NCBI GenBank assembly: GCA_964016885.1
Contig: OZ024759.1
Coordinates: 16,678,001-16,742,000 of the forward strand
Origin: Eledone cirrhosa
Taxonomy: Eukaryota
Reading direction: 5' to 3'
Length of the DNA: 64,000 nt
This document shows, one piece after another, positions 38,966-52,237 of this stretch. Under the pieces are notes generated by a model. It searched no databases. It was given only the letters and a program-made list of their open reading frames with translations, and was not told the origin of the DNA. The stretch's first letter is position 1. The number at the start of each line of letters is the position of its first letter. The position numbers and the translations under genes were made by a program.

Positions 38966-40392
38966 GTATCGGTAGAGGGTCGGACACCATGCTTTGACGC
39001 ATAGAGTTACGCCCGTTGCCATTCTGAGTTCAAATCGCGCTAAGGTTAACTTTGCCTTTCATCCTTACAGGGTCGATAAAATAAAGTACCAGTAATGTAC
39101 TGGGTAATTGCTGGCCTTGTGCCAAAAGTAGAAACAATTATTATCATCATCATTGTCATTTTATGTCTGCATGGGTTGGATGGGTCTTCTTTAGCTTAGT
39201 TTTTCTCCATTGGTTGACTTCCTTCATTATCTCTTCTGTGAGGTTCAACATTTTGAGATCAGCTCTCACCACTTCTGTCCAGGTTTTCCCTGGTCTTCCT
39301 CAACTACAACTTCCTTCCACTGGAAATTTCTGGCACTTTTTCACCCAACAATCGTCATCCGCACACATTACATGTCGACACCAGTGCAATCTTCTCCCTT
39401 GCACATTGCATCTTATTCCTCTTATGCCCAGTATATTTTTTTTACTGACTTCATCCATGCATAAATCGACCTCAGTGTATTACTGGTACTTTATTTCATC
39501 GATCCTGTAAGAATGAAAGGCAAAGCTAACCTTGGCGGGATTTGAACTCAGAACTATGCTGCGAAGCATGGTGTCCGACACTCTACCAATACTGCCAATC
39601 TACCACCTTTAGTAGCAATAATAATGATAGAAATTGTAATATATATACATATATACATCCCCACTGAAAGTTTTCGTGAAATAGTCTTTTCAAGACTATA
39701 CAGAGCATTTGTAGTTGTTCCAAATTGAAGGATGAGTATTTTAAACTTTATTTTATCATGAGTTAAGGCTCTATTGATTTTTCCCTGGATTTCACTAAAT
39801 TCTGTTGGATGAATCTATATCCTGATTCTTTTTGAATTGAGTTTGAATTATTTTTCCCACATCTTACGTTAACTATTTTCCCATTTTGACGCTATAGTCA
39901 CTTATATATTATGGAATACTGTTGGCTTCGTCCTACAATAATTTCTATACTTTTCAAAAGTTATGTTGGTCCCACAACATCCAGGCCGAAACAAATGAGA
40001 TCGTGTAGGTGTCACGACAAAAAACACACAGTCCACGCTGTAAATGTGGCCGTTTCGGCAACACGGTAAAAACCTCCCAGCCCCACACTGTAAATGTGGT
40101 TGGTGTTAGGAAGGGCATCCAGCTGTAGAAAACCTGCCAGACAGTCCACACTGTAATGAGGCCGTGTAGGCAACACGGTAAAAACCTCCCAGCCCCACAC
40201 TGTAAATGTGGTTGGTGTTAGGAAGGGCATCCAACTGTAGAAAACCCGCCAGACAGTCCTATGCGAGCAAGACAACCACTCTTGCCTCAAGTGGGAAAAC
40301 CCCCGTCCAAACCCATGCAAGCGTGGAACACGGACGCTAAACCTGATGATGATGATGATGATGATATAATATATATTTCTCTTTTATTTCAG

Positions 40393-40461
40393 ATCTAAAC
40401 TTATTCAGTGGGATGTCACTTGGGTCTTTCCTCAGGTTGAAATTTCACTTAAAGAAGAAAG
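40393..40461 (+). CDS. ZNHIT6: ZNHIT6 exon 5 (SKLIQWDVTWVFPQ...)
   Basis: W.V.W.FPQ motif; AG/GT bounded. Confidence 0.9.
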
Positions 40462-41420
40462 GTAAGTGAAATTTGTCCAAATTTTTGCAACTATATTTTA
40501 ATAACTGTATGACCTTTTTTGTCCGTCAGTCACACAAGCACGATGATCTGTCAAAAAAAATGTTCTACCAAATTTTACTCACAAGGCCATTGGTCATCTC
40601 GAGATTATAGTTTGAGATTATAGTAGAAGTGGCGTACATCAGAACTGAGCCCAAACATGTGTGGCTGGGAAAAGAACTACTTAACCACATGTGTGCACAC
40701 ATACACACACACATATAAATATATATATAGGAAGGGCATCCAGCTGTAGAAAACCTGCCAGACAGTCCACGCTGTAATGTGGCCGTGTAGGCAACACGGT
40801 AAAAACCTCCCAGCCCCACACTGTAAATGTGGTTGGTGTTAGGAAGGGCATCCAACTGTAGAAAACCCGCCAGACAGTCCTATGCGAGCAAGACAACCAC
40901 TCTTGCCTCAAGTGGGAAAACTCCCGTCCAAACCCATGCAAGCATGGAACACGGACGTTAAACGATGATGATGATGATGATGATATATATGAAGGTGCAT
41001 GGCTTAGTGGTTAGAGCATTGGACATGCAATCGAAAGGTTGTGAGTTCAATTCTCAGACCGGGTGATTTGTTGTTTCCTTGAGCAAGGCACTTTATTTCA
41101 CATTGCTCCAGTTTACTCAGCTGTAGAAATGAGATGATTGGACTGGGGTCCCTATCATTCCACTGCAAAGTGGTCGTGGAGGTACCACGGCAAAAAAAGC
41201 ACCCAGCCCACACTGTAAAGTGGATGTGTAGGCGCCACGGAAAAAAAGCACCCAGCACTCACTGTAAATGAGGTTGGCATTAAGAAGGGCATCCAGCTGT
41301 AGAAACAAGCCAAATTCAGCCCCGGGTGAGCTAAACATGGTCCTCTGACCTGATTCTCTCCCTAATGGTCAACCTGTCCTGCCCATGCTAGTGTGGAAGA
41401 TGGATGTTAAATGATGATGA

Positions 41421-41462
<42 letters not shown>

Positions 41463-41655
41463 ATACTTGGGGAGGGTCATATTGTAATAATATTGCCAGA
41501 AATAACAACAGAACACACTCACTGTTTGGTTGGTTTTAGCTTCTGTATGTTTTATATCTCCACAGTTAATTCATTCGGTCGTCAATGTTTACCAATGACT
41601 GACCAACGGTCAAAAATACAGATATAATATAGATATAAACACATATATATAGTCT

Positions 41656-41697
41656 AACAAAGTTCTTTCGTTGCACATCTGCAACATCATCAGTGGT
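41656..41697 (-). ncRNA. minimal hammerhead motif, same family as 35528-35570
   Basis: minus strand ACCA-CTGATGA-t-GTTGCA gatg TGCAAC-GAAAGAACTT-TGTT. Confidence 0.55.
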
Positions 41698-42118
41698 ACT
41701 ATGTTCCTCCTGTTGTATTGTATATCGACGCCATCTTTCTATCTATATATATTGTTTATAGTTAAAGCAAGTCTATGGGGAAAACTATCCACTAATTTCC
41801 TGCTGTTCTCATTACTCACTCAGTAAGGCAAAATTTTAACATATAGTTGTGTTGTTGTACTTTACAAGAATGCTTTGGTTTTGTGTAGTTTGTTAACTCA
41901 AATGTTTATAGTATCTTTACTGCTGGATAGACTGTTGTGAAAATTTGCAATATTGGAGTAAAGACTTTAATTTTTAATGTGATGCAGTCACAGTGCTGTT
42001 TTATACTTTTCAATAATGTCTTGCTAATTAGGTTTGTTAATTCAAAGGTTTATAGTATCTTTACTAGTTGACAGATTGTTATCAGAAACTTACAATATTG
42101 GTGTAAAGACTTTAATTT

Positions 42119-42365
42119 TTAACCTGTTGACTGCCGTGTGTATATTACGCAGCTAGAGTTGTTGTGTTGGGTTTTTTTTTTTCAGTAAAATAACTATTTT
42201 GATTGACAAATGTCACATCAATAAACTAGTAACCCCATCTAGCTTTGAAGTTATGAACTGTTGGAGAGGAGTTCAAATATCTCAGAATGAATTATTTCAT
42301 CTGTGGCACTGGAATGCATACATATTAGGACGAGTTATTTCACCTACGGCACTGAAGAGGTTAAT
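42119..42365. mobile_element. second TTAA-flanked MITE family
   Basis: ttaacctgttgactgccg ... cggcactgaagaggttaa imperfect TIRs. Confidence 0.55.
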
Positions 42366-42478
42366 GTGATGCAGACAGTGCAGTTTTATACTTTTCAATA
42401 ATGTGTCTTGCAAATGTTGTTTCATGCAGTACAGCATATTAAGAGTTAATAACAAATTTCTTTTCTTCTTTTCTCTAG

Positions 42479-42640
42479 AATGAATGAGGATCTGTCTGTA
42501 AGGGAAGGATTGCAAAGTATTCTCAAGAACAGTAAAGAAGCTTCAGTATATTTATATAAGCTTAATCGCTATCGAAATGCAGAACCAAACATGCTGTGCT
42601 TTTTAATGAAGGCAGAAATGCAGCCCTTAAAACAAAACCA
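42479..42640 (+). CDS. ZNHIT6: ZNHIT6 exon 6 (MNEDLSV...FLMKAEMQP)
   Basis: open frame, LMKAE motif, AG/GT bounded, phase 2-2. Confidence 0.87.
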
Positions 42641-43613
42641 GTAAGATTTTTAACATTATATGAACATTTTATTTAATCAATCTCTCCATCTCTCTTGTAC
42701 CACATCAAAAAGCACCAGGTGCACTCTGTAAGATGGTTGTGCTGGTACCACTACAAAAAAAAAAGCACCCAGTCTGCCCTGTAAAGTGTTTGTGCTGGTA
42801 CCATGACGAAAAAGCACCCAGTGCACTCTGCAAGGTGGTGGCCATGCTGGTACTACAACAAAAAAGCACCCAGTCCACCCCCTGTAAAGTGTTTGTGTTG
42901 GCACCATGACAAAAAAGGCACCCACTCCACCCTGTAAGGTGGTTGTGGTGGGTGTACTGATGCTCTGATGAAAAGCAATCAGTTCACCTTGTAAGGTAGT
43001 AGTGCTGGTGTCACAAAAAAAAAAGATCCCAGTAGTACGTGCTGTAAAGTTGTTGGTATTAGGAAGGCCATCCAGCTGTAGAAAACCAAGACAAAAACGA
43101 ATTGTACGAGCAAGACATGGTCACTTGACCAGTCTAGCTTCAGTATGTGATAGCCTGTCTAACCCATGCAAGCATGGAAAGTAGGGATTAACCCTTTAGC
43201 ATTTAGACCGGCTGTATCCAGCCAGAATTCTCTCACCTCTGGCTGTAACTGGCCGCTCATACTGATGTTAAGGTATTGTTCTCAGTACCTTAACATTGCC
43301 AAGATTGAAATGGGTGAGTTTTAGTGTTGCATCTTTAACCCTTTAGCATTTAAACCCGCCGTAACTGGCTAGAATTCTCTCACCTCTTTCTGTTCAAACT
43401 GGTTGTAACCAGCCACTCATGCTAATGTTAAGGTATTTTTCTCAAAATAAATAACATCAAAATCTCATCGATTCGATATTATGTGAGATAATTATGTGAA
43501 GTAAAGCCTTTACTGTGAAAATATAATAGTATATATAGAGTAATGTAAATGCTAAAGGGTTAAATGGTGATGGTGACAGTGATAATGTGATTTCTTTTCT
43601 TTTTTACTTCTAG

Positions 43614-43741
43614 TTATTACACGTTAGATGCAGATAAAACATTTGCTGAGAATTTGGTTGGAAAAATTCTTCTAGAACATCCAATAATTCACGTTGTTTT
43701 TGTCGAGGAAAAATCATCATATTTGTATATTACCACTGATA
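43614..43741 (+). CDS. ZNHIT6: ZNHIT6 exon 7 (YYTLDADKTFAENLVGKILLEHPIIHVV)
   Basis: YY.LD..K....NL..K...E.P..HVV motif. Confidence 0.92.
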
Positions 43742-43863
43742 GTAAGTGAAATAGTATTTATTTGGTTTGGTGAAATTTCTGGTCCTTATTTGAGATATTT
43801 TATTAACTTTATTTTTATTTTTACTATCTAACCCTCTCTCTCTCTTTCCTCTTTATATTTCAG

Positions 43864-43913
43864 ATACAGAAACGAGCAATAAAAATCAGGAAGAAACAAA
43901 ATGTAAAAACTAG
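43864..43913 (+). CDS. ZNHIT6: ZNHIT6 terminal exon (NTETSNKNQEETKCKN*)
   Basis: strong pyrimidine tract plus cag; TAG in phase; AATAAA at 43934-43939. Confidence 0.75.
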
Positions 43914-46900
43914 TAACACAACTCATTCATGTAAATAAAAGTATTTTTCAAAATGATGACCTTCTTTTTTACTTATGTAGCTGAACATGTGTGATAACAA
44001 AGTATATGTTGGTTATATGAGATGCAAGCCATTTCACCATCACCTTCACCACCATTATCACCACCAGCATCATCTTAACCATCTTCCTCATTATCTATCA
44101 TACATCCGTTTTCCATGCTGGTATGGGTTGTATGGATCATCATGGTCTAAGAAAAAACTGGTTGGAGTACCAGGTCTTGCTCTTTATGTTCCATATTTGG
44201 CATGGTTTCTATGGCTGGATGCTCTTCCTAATGCCGACCACTTCACATCATATACCAAGTGTGTTTTATCTATATCAGCATACTACTGTAGAAACCATGT
44301 ATTTGTATTTTCACGGTAAAGGCTTTATTTCACATAATATCGAATCTATGAGATTTTGATATTATTTATTTTGAGAACAATACTTTAACATCAGTATGAG
44401 TGGCTGGTTACAGCCAGTTTGAACAGAAAGAGATGAGAGAATTCTGGCCTGATACAGCCGGTTTAAATGCTAAAGGGTTAAATTCAACTTAGCAAAGACT
44501 AACTTGTTTGCAAGTAGGAAAGAAGACAGGATTCTGTTAGCATCAATGGAATGGCCGGCCATGTTTGATATACTGGAAGGGAGTAGATGGAACTCTGTAT
44601 GTTATACCCAGTGTATACAATAGACACACAAGAGGTGTCCATAAGTGAACAGTAACTCCGCAGAAGTCCATCAATTGTGTGTATATATATGTTTGTGTCT
44701 GTAATCTAGCAGTTCGACAAAAAGAGATTGATGAAATAAGTATCAAACTTGAAAGAATTAGTACTGGGGTCGATATAAATCCCATTGCTGCGGTGCCCCA
44801 GCATGGCCGGAGTCTCATGACTAAAACTGGTAGAAGAATAAATATATATCGTATTTTACATAATAAATAAATTCATAAAATATTCTCTGAATATTAGTTT
44901 AGCAATTTCTTTAATTTTCCTTCATCCTTTCATCCTTACGGGGTCGATAAAATAAAGTACCAGTAATGCACTGAATAATTGCTGGCCTTGTGCCTAAAGT
45001 AGAAACAATTATTTTCTTGTATTTTCGGTAGAGTCGGACACCATGCTTTGAAGCATGGAGTTACGTCCCTTTATGATCTGAGTTCAAATCCCGCCGAGGT
45101 TAACTTTGCCTTTCATCCTTTCGGGGTCGATAAAATAAAGTACCAGTAATACACTAGGTAATTGCTGGCCTTGTTCCAAAAGTAGAAACAATTATTTTTT
45201 TGGATTTGAGAGAAAAACCTTTCATGTGGTCATTACAACAGACGTCAGAGACGAAGATTGAATATAACAAACTTTTTTTTTGCACAAAAATTGTGTACAT
45301 TTAAACACAATTTATATAATAAACATTGGATTACGAAAGAAACAAATCAATGAAAAATAGTCAGAGAGAAAATATATAATGAAATGAGAGATACGTAAAT
45401 CTCACACAACAGGGAATGTTAGTGATTCTCTCTAAACATTTGGAGGTAGGACATGGCCACTGGTGATGACGACGGAAGGGCTCTGAAATAGCCAAGAGCT
45501 TCACCTAATATTTTAGTAAAGCGAACCATCTTTCAATGATTCTATAACAGAGAATGTTGGTGTTTCTCTCGAACTGTTTGAGGCAAGCCAAGACACTGAC
45601 GGTGTTTCTGTGGGTAATAGAGAGGCTAGAGTGTTGAAATAGCTAAGTACCTACCAAGAGCATCACTTAATATTTCAGTAAGGTGGACCACTTTTCAATG
45701 ACACTACGACAACAGCGATATTGGTGTTTCTCTCAAACTGTTTGAGAACAGCTAAAACACTGACAGTATTTCTGTGGGTAATAGCGAGGCTGGGGCACTG
45801 GTATAGTCAAGCATCCTCACCAAGAGCATCACTTAATACTTCAGAAAGGTAAGCCATTAATCCTTTTTTCCAGTTTGTGTACCTAAATATATTTTATTTT
45901 AAAAAGTCATATAAATAATGAGACTCAAAGCAAGCTTTGTTTTGAAACGGCTAGCGAATTTGAAAATTAGGTAGTAACATGTGCTTACACGGTATTTGAC
46001 TAAATAGAATTAATTAGTCTGTCAGTTGGGATTTTAAAAAAACCCTCTGAATGGAAAAAAGGATTAGTATAGACGTACATGGGACAAAGATGTGGGTTCG
46101 TGTCTCGTACGTCTATACTCATCCTTTTTCCATTCAGAGGGGGTTTTTTAAATCCCAACTGACAGACTAATTCTATTTAGTCAAATATGGCGTAAGTCCA
46201 TGTTGCTACCTAATTTATATATAAATAGTGTTTATATAAACACTATATAAGAAACAAATGAAAGATATATTCCTTCAATGCTACAATATTAAAGAAAATG
46301 TAAAGGAAGGGATGAACAACGGAGCCAACATCAGAGCAAAAGACAGCAACGTCGCGAGGCCTGGGCAACCTCTCTAATGTAATGTTATTTATGTATATAT
46401 TTAAAACATATTTGTTATGTTATTCTACTGTAAATTTATTTATATGCTCTGTTTATATTTTCATTCTGAAGGAACTTATCCACTTGTGTTGATATAAGTG
46501 ATTTTATGACTTTCCTGTAAGCATTGTGTCATTATATATGGTCTGAGTTCAAATCCCGCCGAGGTTAACTTTACCTTTCATCCTTACGGGGTCGATAAAA
46601 TAAAGTACCAGTAATGTACTGAGTAATTGCTGGCCTTGTGCCAAATGTAGAAACAATTATATATGTTATTATAAACGTAAATAAATATATTATAAAATAA
46701 AAAGAAACAAATCAGTAAAAAAAAGCGACTTGCACAGTCAATTCTTTTTTTTTATTTTGGATCCTCTAACGTAGGGGCGCCATATTGATATACAGTATTT
46801 CTAGGGTATTTTTAAAACCTGGCTGAGCCCATTTCTCTCCATGTCTAAATATAGCAGATTCCCCAAAGTATGTTCAGTCATTGCTACCTCAATGACACGA

Positions 46901-48507
46901 TGATAATAATAATAATGAAATGATTGTGTACAGTGCTCAGGTGCACTACAACTCATCAAAAGTGCATGTATAGTACATAGAATAATGTACAAATGTCAGG
47001 AAAGTGAACAGTGTATGAGTCATGATATACATGCGTGCGTATGTATGGAGGGGGAATATCAGGTGTAGTGTTGATGAGTGTCAGGAGTCATGGAAGTTTT
47101 AAAGGATGCAGTGTATCGGCAGCTAACAACTGATGTAGGCAGTTTGTTCCATGATGGATTGGCAGTTTGATAGAGTCTCAGATAAAATGCCATTGCAGTT
47201 CAAACCCCACCAATGTCAACTTTGCATTTCATCATTCCGGGGTCGATAAAATAAAATACCACTCAAATACTGGGTTGATATGATTGATTTTCCCTTTCCT
47301 TTCAAATTGCTGGCCTTGTGCCTAAATCAGAAATCATTACGGTCTGAGTTCAAAACCTGTCCACGTTAGCTTTGCCTTTCATTTGTACGGGGTTGATAAA
47401 ATAAAGTACCAGTAATTCACTGGCTCGATTTAATGGGCTTTCCCCTCTCCTCAAAATTGTTGGCCTTGTGTCTTAAAGTACCAGTAATGCACTGCAGTTG
47501 ATTTAATCGACTTTCTCCTCCCTCAAAATTGTTGGCCTTATGTCTTAAAATACCAGTAATGCACTGGGGTCGGTTTAATCGACTTTCTCCTCCCTCAAAA
47601 TTTCGGTAAAAATTCGGAAAAAAATCGGTAAAAATTAATAAGCTGCGGGGTGGGGGAAGATTATTCGAGCCCCTAAAGTAGTTAAATTGCTGGCCTTGAG
47701 CTAATTGTAGAAACATTTTATTTTTCATGCTAGAGTTATTATTATTATTATTATTAATTTAATATTTATTTTCATACTAGAATTATTATTATATTTATGT
47801 ACTAGAATCGCAGCGAAGATATTCTGCCATAAATAAATAACGAGTAAATAGTGAAAGTAGCAGCGGATACTAATTGTTGCAGGTGATGTTATTATTGTCA
47901 TTTTTATTATTATAGAATAGATTAAACTGTGGCACAAAAATAATATTCAAAGACGGTCAGGCTTGTTTTTTGTAGTTTAATTATATATTTTTAACGAAAT
48001 TTGGAATTTTTGGTAATAACAAATATATTTTTAAGACAGAGATTTAGTGTCTAAATATTTTCTTATCTAATGAAACGAGGAATTATGCGGAAAATTCATC
48101 ATAGAATTTTGAATTCTTTTGGTATTTTAATTTCATATTTTCATATTTTTAACGTAATTGGGAATTATTTGATAACAACAATTAGGTTTAAGAGCGAATG
48201 AGGTATGCAATGTTTAAATAATACATACATACACACCTGTATATATATATAAATATATGTAAGTGTGTGTCTATATACGTACACACCTGTATATATATAT
48301 ATATATGTAGACACACACTTACATATATTTATATATATATATATACATACACCTACATATATATATATATACACACGCAGACACACACCTACATATATTT
48401 ATACATATATATATATATATACACACACATACACCTACACACATATATATATCTATACACGCGCACATACACATACTCACATATATATATATATATATAC
48501 ACACATA

Positions 48508-48585
48508 CAGAGTGTTCCCTAAAAATATACACACACTTCTACGGCATTCCAATATAAATGTGTATACATTTTTGGGGACACCCTG
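48508..48585. mobile_element. 78-bp Tc1/mariner-like MITE
   Basis: TA-flanked TIRs cagagtgttccctaaaaat / atttttggggacaccctg. Confidence 0.7.
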
Positions 48586-49025
48586 TATATACATAGAATG
48601 GGTGTGTGTATATATATATATATATATATATTCGTCTAATGAAGGGCTAAGAAAATGCTACGTAAAATTGCAGAATAGAACTTTTACTATTGTACAACTA
48701 CAACAGGTAAATAAATATAGAGAGACAAGTGAATATCCAGGTAAAATTCCGTTATAACGAATTTTTTTCAATCCCCGACCACACGCTCGAAGTGTGAGTT
48801 AGGTCGATCTCGTTATAAAGAATTTTTCGTTACAACGAATTTTTTTTATACCCCGTGAAGTTCGTTATAACGAAATTTCACACACACACACACATATATA
48901 TATATGTTTATCCCGGGTTCAATCGGGAGTAACCACAGTAAGTAAGGTACTCAATACATAGCGTATAAATATTTGATATAGATTCTACAGGACTAGAACT
49001 GTTTCATTCGAAGGAAATCATCAGG

Positions 49026-49077
49026 GGCTTTCCTGATGATTTCCTTCGAATGGAACAGTTCTAGTCCTGTAGAAGCC
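49026..49077 (+). ncRNA. hammerhead motif in a foldback element (GAAA mutated to GGAA in this arm, intact in the mirror arm)
   Basis: GGCTTTC-CTGATGA-tTTC cttc GAAt-GGAACAG ttctagtc CTGTA-GAAGCC. Confidence 0.5.
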
Positions 49078-49098
49078 ATTTCTAGATTATATATATAT

Positions 49099-49134
<36 letters not shown>

Positions 49135-50077
49135 ACGAAGGAAATGTGGTAAGGAACCAGGTGGACCATAACGCACCAAAGTACTCAATACTTGAGGTAG
49201 TAGAGTGGGTAATAGGAACCAGTAAGACCCCGACAGCTGAGCTCAAGCCGTTTCGACGGCTAATTCTGTCCAGAATTAGCCGTCGAAACGGCTTGAGCTC
49301 AGCTGTCGGGGTCTTACTGGTTCCTATATATATATATATATATAATGTGTGTATGTGTAAAATAATATAGTATAGTATAGTGTAACTATAATATAAAATT
49401 GTATTAGTTTTTTCTCTCTCTCTCTGATCATATATTTTAGTGCGTTATATTTGTGAGGTTCATAGCAATAGTTAATTGTATTTATTATGTGTTTATATTT
49501 TCATTCTGAAAGAATTGTGAATAATTTGTAATGTTATTTATACAACTGTGAATTTACACCTTTAAATATAGTATAATATAATGTAATATAATATAACATA
49601 GTATAGTATATAATATATACTGTAGATGGTTTATTTTAGCGGATGAACATTTATAATCAACAAATGGTTGTTGGAAGATGTTTTAAATGTCAAGCTAGTT
49701 GTCAGTCGTATATACTTATATTATCTGTAATTCATGTGTCTCTCAGCAAGAATTATAAGATTTCACGGATGCTGTTTTATCGATAAAATATATTCAGGTA
49801 GATTTCATGACATCAACATCAGCAGGTGGGATAGGCCGGCTAGGTTGATATTAAACATTATATATGCCATTGTGAGTTCAAATCTCGCCGAGGTTAACTT
49901 TGCCTTTCATCCTTACGGGGTCGATAAAATAAAGTACCAGTAATACACTGGGTATTTGCTGGCCTTGTGCCAAAAGTAGAAACAATTATATATATATAAA
50001 CATTATCGGGGTCGATAAAATAAAGTACCAGTAATGCACTTGGCAATTGCTGGCCTTGTGCCTAAAGTAGAAACAAT

Positions 50078-50124
<47 letters not shown>

Positions 50125-51179
50125 GAAATGGCTTCTACAGGACTAGAACTGTTTCATTCAGGAGAAATCACACACACGCGCGCGCACCCCCCACACCACC
50201 ACCACCACCATCATCATCGTCGTCGTCGTCTAACGTCCATCTTCCACGCTTGCATGGGTTTGGACGGGAGTTTTCCCACTTGAGGCAAGATTGGTTGTCT
50301 TGCTCGTATAGGACTGCCTGGCGGGTTTTCTACGGCTGGATGCCCTTCCTAACACCAACCACGTTTACAGTGTGGACTGGGAGGTTTTTACCGTGTTACC
50401 TACACGGCCACATTACAGCGTGGACTGTGTGGGTTTTTTTTTTCGTGACACCTGCACGACCTATTTATTTCGGACTGGATGTTGTGGTTCCAACATGACT
50501 TTACATCGAAAGGGGTGGTGTGGATGGGTTGGGACGAGGGTGTATTTTTTTTTTAGAGGTGCCTATTGACTGTAGGTTTCGCTTTGTACTTAGGCAAGGC
50601 GGGTCTTCTGTATTACTGCGTAGCGCCAAAGATCTCAGAGAGGTGTAAGTGTGTGAGGTCGGAATTTATCAAGTCGTCCCAGGTTTTTCTGGGTCTGCCT
50701 ACTCCGTGGCTACCATCAATTTTTATCGCCCTGCACTTTTTTATACAGCTGTCGTCTTTCATGCGCATCACGTGACCGTACCAACGTAGTCTTCTCTTCT
50801 CTCGATTCCTCTTATTCCTAATTTCTCCCTTAGTTCATTTATGCTTTGCCGTTCACGTATATTACTATTACACATCCAACGGAGCATGCAAGCTTCGTTC
50901 CTCTCCAGTCTGCGTATATCCTCTGCACACAATGCCCAAGTCTCACTGCCATGTAACATATATATTTATATATAAGAGGTTTATTCTGTCATTACCACAA
51001 CAGAAGTCCGACGACTTTTGATTTTAGAGTCGAGGCCAGATCGATACAGATCGTACCTTGAGCTGATCAATAGCGAAACGCGCATCACTACTTAATAAAC
51101 GTAATTAAGACATAACAAATCCTTTTTATTATATATAGATATATATACATGCACGCACGCATATACATACACACACGCG

Positions 51180-51211
<32 letters not shown>

Positions 51212-51838
51212 CACACACGTGTGTGTATATATATATATATCATCATCATTTCATTTTACGTCCGCTTTTCCCTGCTTGCAAGGGTGGGACGGGAACTGAT
51301 TCTGACTTGATTTCTACAGCTGGATGCCCTTCCTAACACCAACCTCATTTACAGTGAGTGCTGGGTGCTTTTTTGCCGTGGTGCCTACACGTCCACTTTA
51401 CAGTGTGGGCTGGGTGCTTTTTTGCCGTGGCACCACCACAACCACTTTGCAGTGGAATGATAGGGACCCTACAGCTTAGTAAACTGGAGCAATGTGAAAT
51501 AAAGTGTCTTGCTCAAGGAAACAATATATATACATATATATACATACACACATAAATATATGTATATAAGTGAAGTTAAAAGAAAACTAAAATAATTAAG
51601 GTGTCTAAAAAATATAATATTCAGGTGTCGTCTGATAATGTTGTGTAGAGTCGCAGAATTATTCTCAACCAATATCAATTCTACTTTCAAAACTTAGGTT
51701 TTATCGATTTGTTTGTGCTTTCGTTCTGTAAGTATTGTATTATTATATTTCTTTTTATACAACTGCGAATGAAACTAACTGAATATTTATCTCATCACAT
51801 TTCAGACTTGAAGCTGATGCTGTATTTCCACAAGAACT

Positions 51839-52237
51839 ATGAAAGACAAGACACTTTATTCTCTTCTTTCTTCAACCACATTCACAACAGCACATTCAGA
51901 AAACACACCTGCGACGTTTCTTAGTTCAAATGTTAATTCTTCTTTTAGCAGGTTATGTTTATCACGGTTAAGCTTACGTTTACGATTACCTACGTCGTGT
52001 TCAATGTATATTTTATATAATTTGGGGATTGTGTTGTTATCTTTGGCCATCGTGATTCCTCAAACAGCAGCTTTAAAACACAAAAACCTTACAATAGGTA
52101 CGATTTTTCCAATGACTGGAAGCTGGGCAGGAGGGAAAGCCTGTCTTCCAGCAGTGAAAATGGCTTTGGATGACATTAATGAAAGACACGACGTTCTTCC
52201 TGATTATTACTTAGAAATGGATTATAAAGACAGCCAG
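51839..52237 (+). CDS. GABBR1: GABA-B receptor 1 first coding exon (alternative start ATG at 52004 before the signal peptide)
   Basis: hydrophobic signal peptide MYILYNLGIVLLSLAIVIPQTAA then IGTIFPMTGSWAGGKACLPAV; CAG/gtaaga donor; acceptor at 51805. Confidence 0.88.

Larger units (their letters stand above)
33153..43913 (+). other. ZNHIT6: box C/D snoRNA protein 1 (ZNHIT6/BCD1) gene, complete, 8 coding exons, 801 nt CDS, 266 aa
   Basis: zf-HIT CDVC..KYKCPCC..TCSLSCVKQHK..GCSGVRNK, LLNDYRLLED, C-terminal ENLVGKILLEHPIIHVV; exon lengths sum to 801. Confidence 0.93.

Noticed and set aside
40992-41065. tRNA-like sequences with A and B boxes
   Set aside because: They are SINE heads continuing into repeat bodies and do not form a complete cloverleaf.
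33173-43863. Intronic box C/D snoRNA in ZNHIT6
   Set aside because: TGATGA hits belong to (TGA)n retroposon tails or hammerhead cores; no RTGATGA...CTGA pair with a terminal stem near a 3' splice site was found.
51052-51092. GCT..AGC-GAAAC-GCGC-ATC hammerhead 3' half (similar remnants at about 3865-3910, 4055-4090 and 33455-33525)
   Set aside because: The CTGANGA core is missing or heavily altered, so these are at most decayed remnants and are not called as ribozymes.
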